Shown one piece after another: positions 37,364-38,391 of a stretch of 38,391 bases of DNA; positions within the stretch are counted from its first letter, which is position 1; the number at the start of each line of letters is the position of its first letter. The stretch lies in assembly GCA_009693345.1 (NCBI GenBank), contig SHXL01000002.1, positions 1-38,391 of the forward strand, in the 5' to 3' direction. Source of the stretch: Betaproteobacteria bacterium (GTDB lineage Bacteria > Pseudomonadota > Gammaproteobacteria > Burkholderiales > SG8-39). Below the pieces are notes generated by a model. It did no database searches. It saw nothing but the letters and a program-made list of their open reading frames with translations, and was not told where the DNA came from. Position numbers and translations under genes: made by a program.

Positions 37364-38391
37364 CGGCCTCCACGGTCTTCCAGTGCTCGCGCATCCAGTT
37401 CCTGCGTCCTTCGGCCTCTCCGGAATCCATCAGCAGCTCGAAGGTCTCGCGCGCCTTCTCGATCTGCTTCGCATCGAGCTGCATGCGCACCAGGCGCCGG
37501 GAATCCGGGTTCATCGAGGTCTCCCAGAGCTGCTCGGGGTTCATCTCGCCCAGGCCCTTGAAGCGCGAGATTTCCCAGGAGCCGTCCTTCACTTTCTCTT
37601 TCCTCAGGGCGCGCAAAGTCTCTTCCAGTTCATCCTCGTCCAGGCAGTAGATGCGGCGAGCGGCGCCTTTTCCATCCCTCCCCTTGCCCTGCGAAGGCAC
37701 CTCCACCTTGAACAGCGGCGCCTGCGAGACGTAGATGTGGCCGGTCTCGACGAGCCTGGGTGCGTGCATGAAGAAGAAGGTCAGCAGCAGGGCCTGGATG
37801 TGGCCGCCGTCGACGTCGGCGTCGGTCATGATGATGACCTTGCCGTAGCGCAGGCCCGAGAGATCCGGTGAATCCGCCGAACCGTGCGGATCGACGCCGA
37901 TAGCGGTGGCGATCGCCTGCAATTCCTTGTTGGCGAGCACCGTGCGCGCGTCCTTCGACATCGAATTCAGCACCTTGCCGCGCAGGGGCAGGATCGCCTG
38001 GGTCTCCTTGTCGCGCGCTTCCTTGGCCGACCCCCCCGCAGAATCGCCCTCCACCATGAAAAGCTCGTTGCGCGAGGTGTCGTCCGAGGAGCACTCGACC
38101 AGCTTGCCGGGCAGCGTCGCCACGCCGGAGCCCTTCTTGCGTTCGAATTTCTTGCCCCTGGAGAGCCGCGCGAGCGCCTGCTCGATCGCGAGTTCCACGA
38201 TCTTCTTGCCATCGTCCGGGTGCTGATTGAGCCACAGCTCGAAGGCGTCGCGCACGCACAGCTCCAGCAGCTTCGCCGCGTGCCGCGTGGTGAGCTTTTC
38301 CTTGGTTTGGCCGTGGAACTGGGTGCGCACGATCCGAGCCGAGAGCGTGAAGCAGGCGCGCTGCCAGAGGTCGTCCGCGATCAGCTTGACG
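37356..38391 (-). CDS. parE: DNA topoisomerase IV subunit B, C-terminal ~345 codons (5' end beyond the right window edge)
   Basis: The frame is open to the window edge. Motifs: QFHGQTKEKL, the Toprim EL.MVEGDSAGGSAK, IMTDADVDGGHI and KGLGEMNPEQLWET. Confidence 0.93.
   Translation of the reverse strand, partial: VKLIADDLWQRACFTLSARIVRTQFHGQTKEKLTTRHAAKLLELCVRDAFELWLNQHPDDGKKIVELAIEQALARLSRGKKFERKKGSGVATLPGKLVECSSDDTSRNELFMVEGDSAGGSAKEARDKETQAILPLRGKVLNSMSKDARTVLANKELQAIATAIGVDPHGSADSPDLSGLRYGKVIIMTDADVDGGHIQALLLTFFFMHAPRLVETGHIYVSQAPLFKVEVPSQGKGRDGKGAARRIYCLDEDELEETLRALRKEKVKDGSWEISRFKGLGEMNPEQLWETSMNPDSRRLVRMQLDAKQIEKARETFELLMDSGEAEGRRNWMREHWKTVEADV

Overview
The window is a clearly GC-rich proteobacterial chromosomal segment. 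Two Bug/TctC-family receptors, a LivKHMGF-type ABC operon, lon, gshA, infA and parE-parC suggest a betaproteobacterium, but this is inference only. About 40 genes are tightly packed, with many ATGA/GTGA stop-start overlaps. No rRNA, tRNA or CRISPR was seen. The left edge carries one end of an IS3-family element that lies directly against a REP-type palindrome. Non-coding content consists of a 6-copy REP family (GAAATCGGGGTCAGAGCCCGATT), a second hairpin repeat family (GACGTCATYCCCGCnnnnGCGGGRAT), several strong convergent-gene hairpins, a near-consensus LexA box, and one unusually long (275 nt) convergent spacer that looks like an sRNA gene.

The most interesting items are these. (1) An 82-codon ORF is translationally wedged between parE and parC, and its product ends in a canonical beta-clamp-binding motif (QLDLF). 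(2) The candidate sRNA has its own promoter and terminator. (3) A DUF3293 gene overlaps a PIN-toxin gene in the position where an antitoxin is expected. (4) Disrupted genes are unusually dense: frameshifts, out-of-frame internal deletions and an in-frame TAG. (5) Short AT-rich, rare-codon patches sit inside otherwise GC-rich conserved genes.

Items 4 and 5 could reflect genuine decay or mosaicism, or sequence-quality problems. The sequence alone cannot distinguish these. All family assignments come from motif recognition by eye, and no searches were run.
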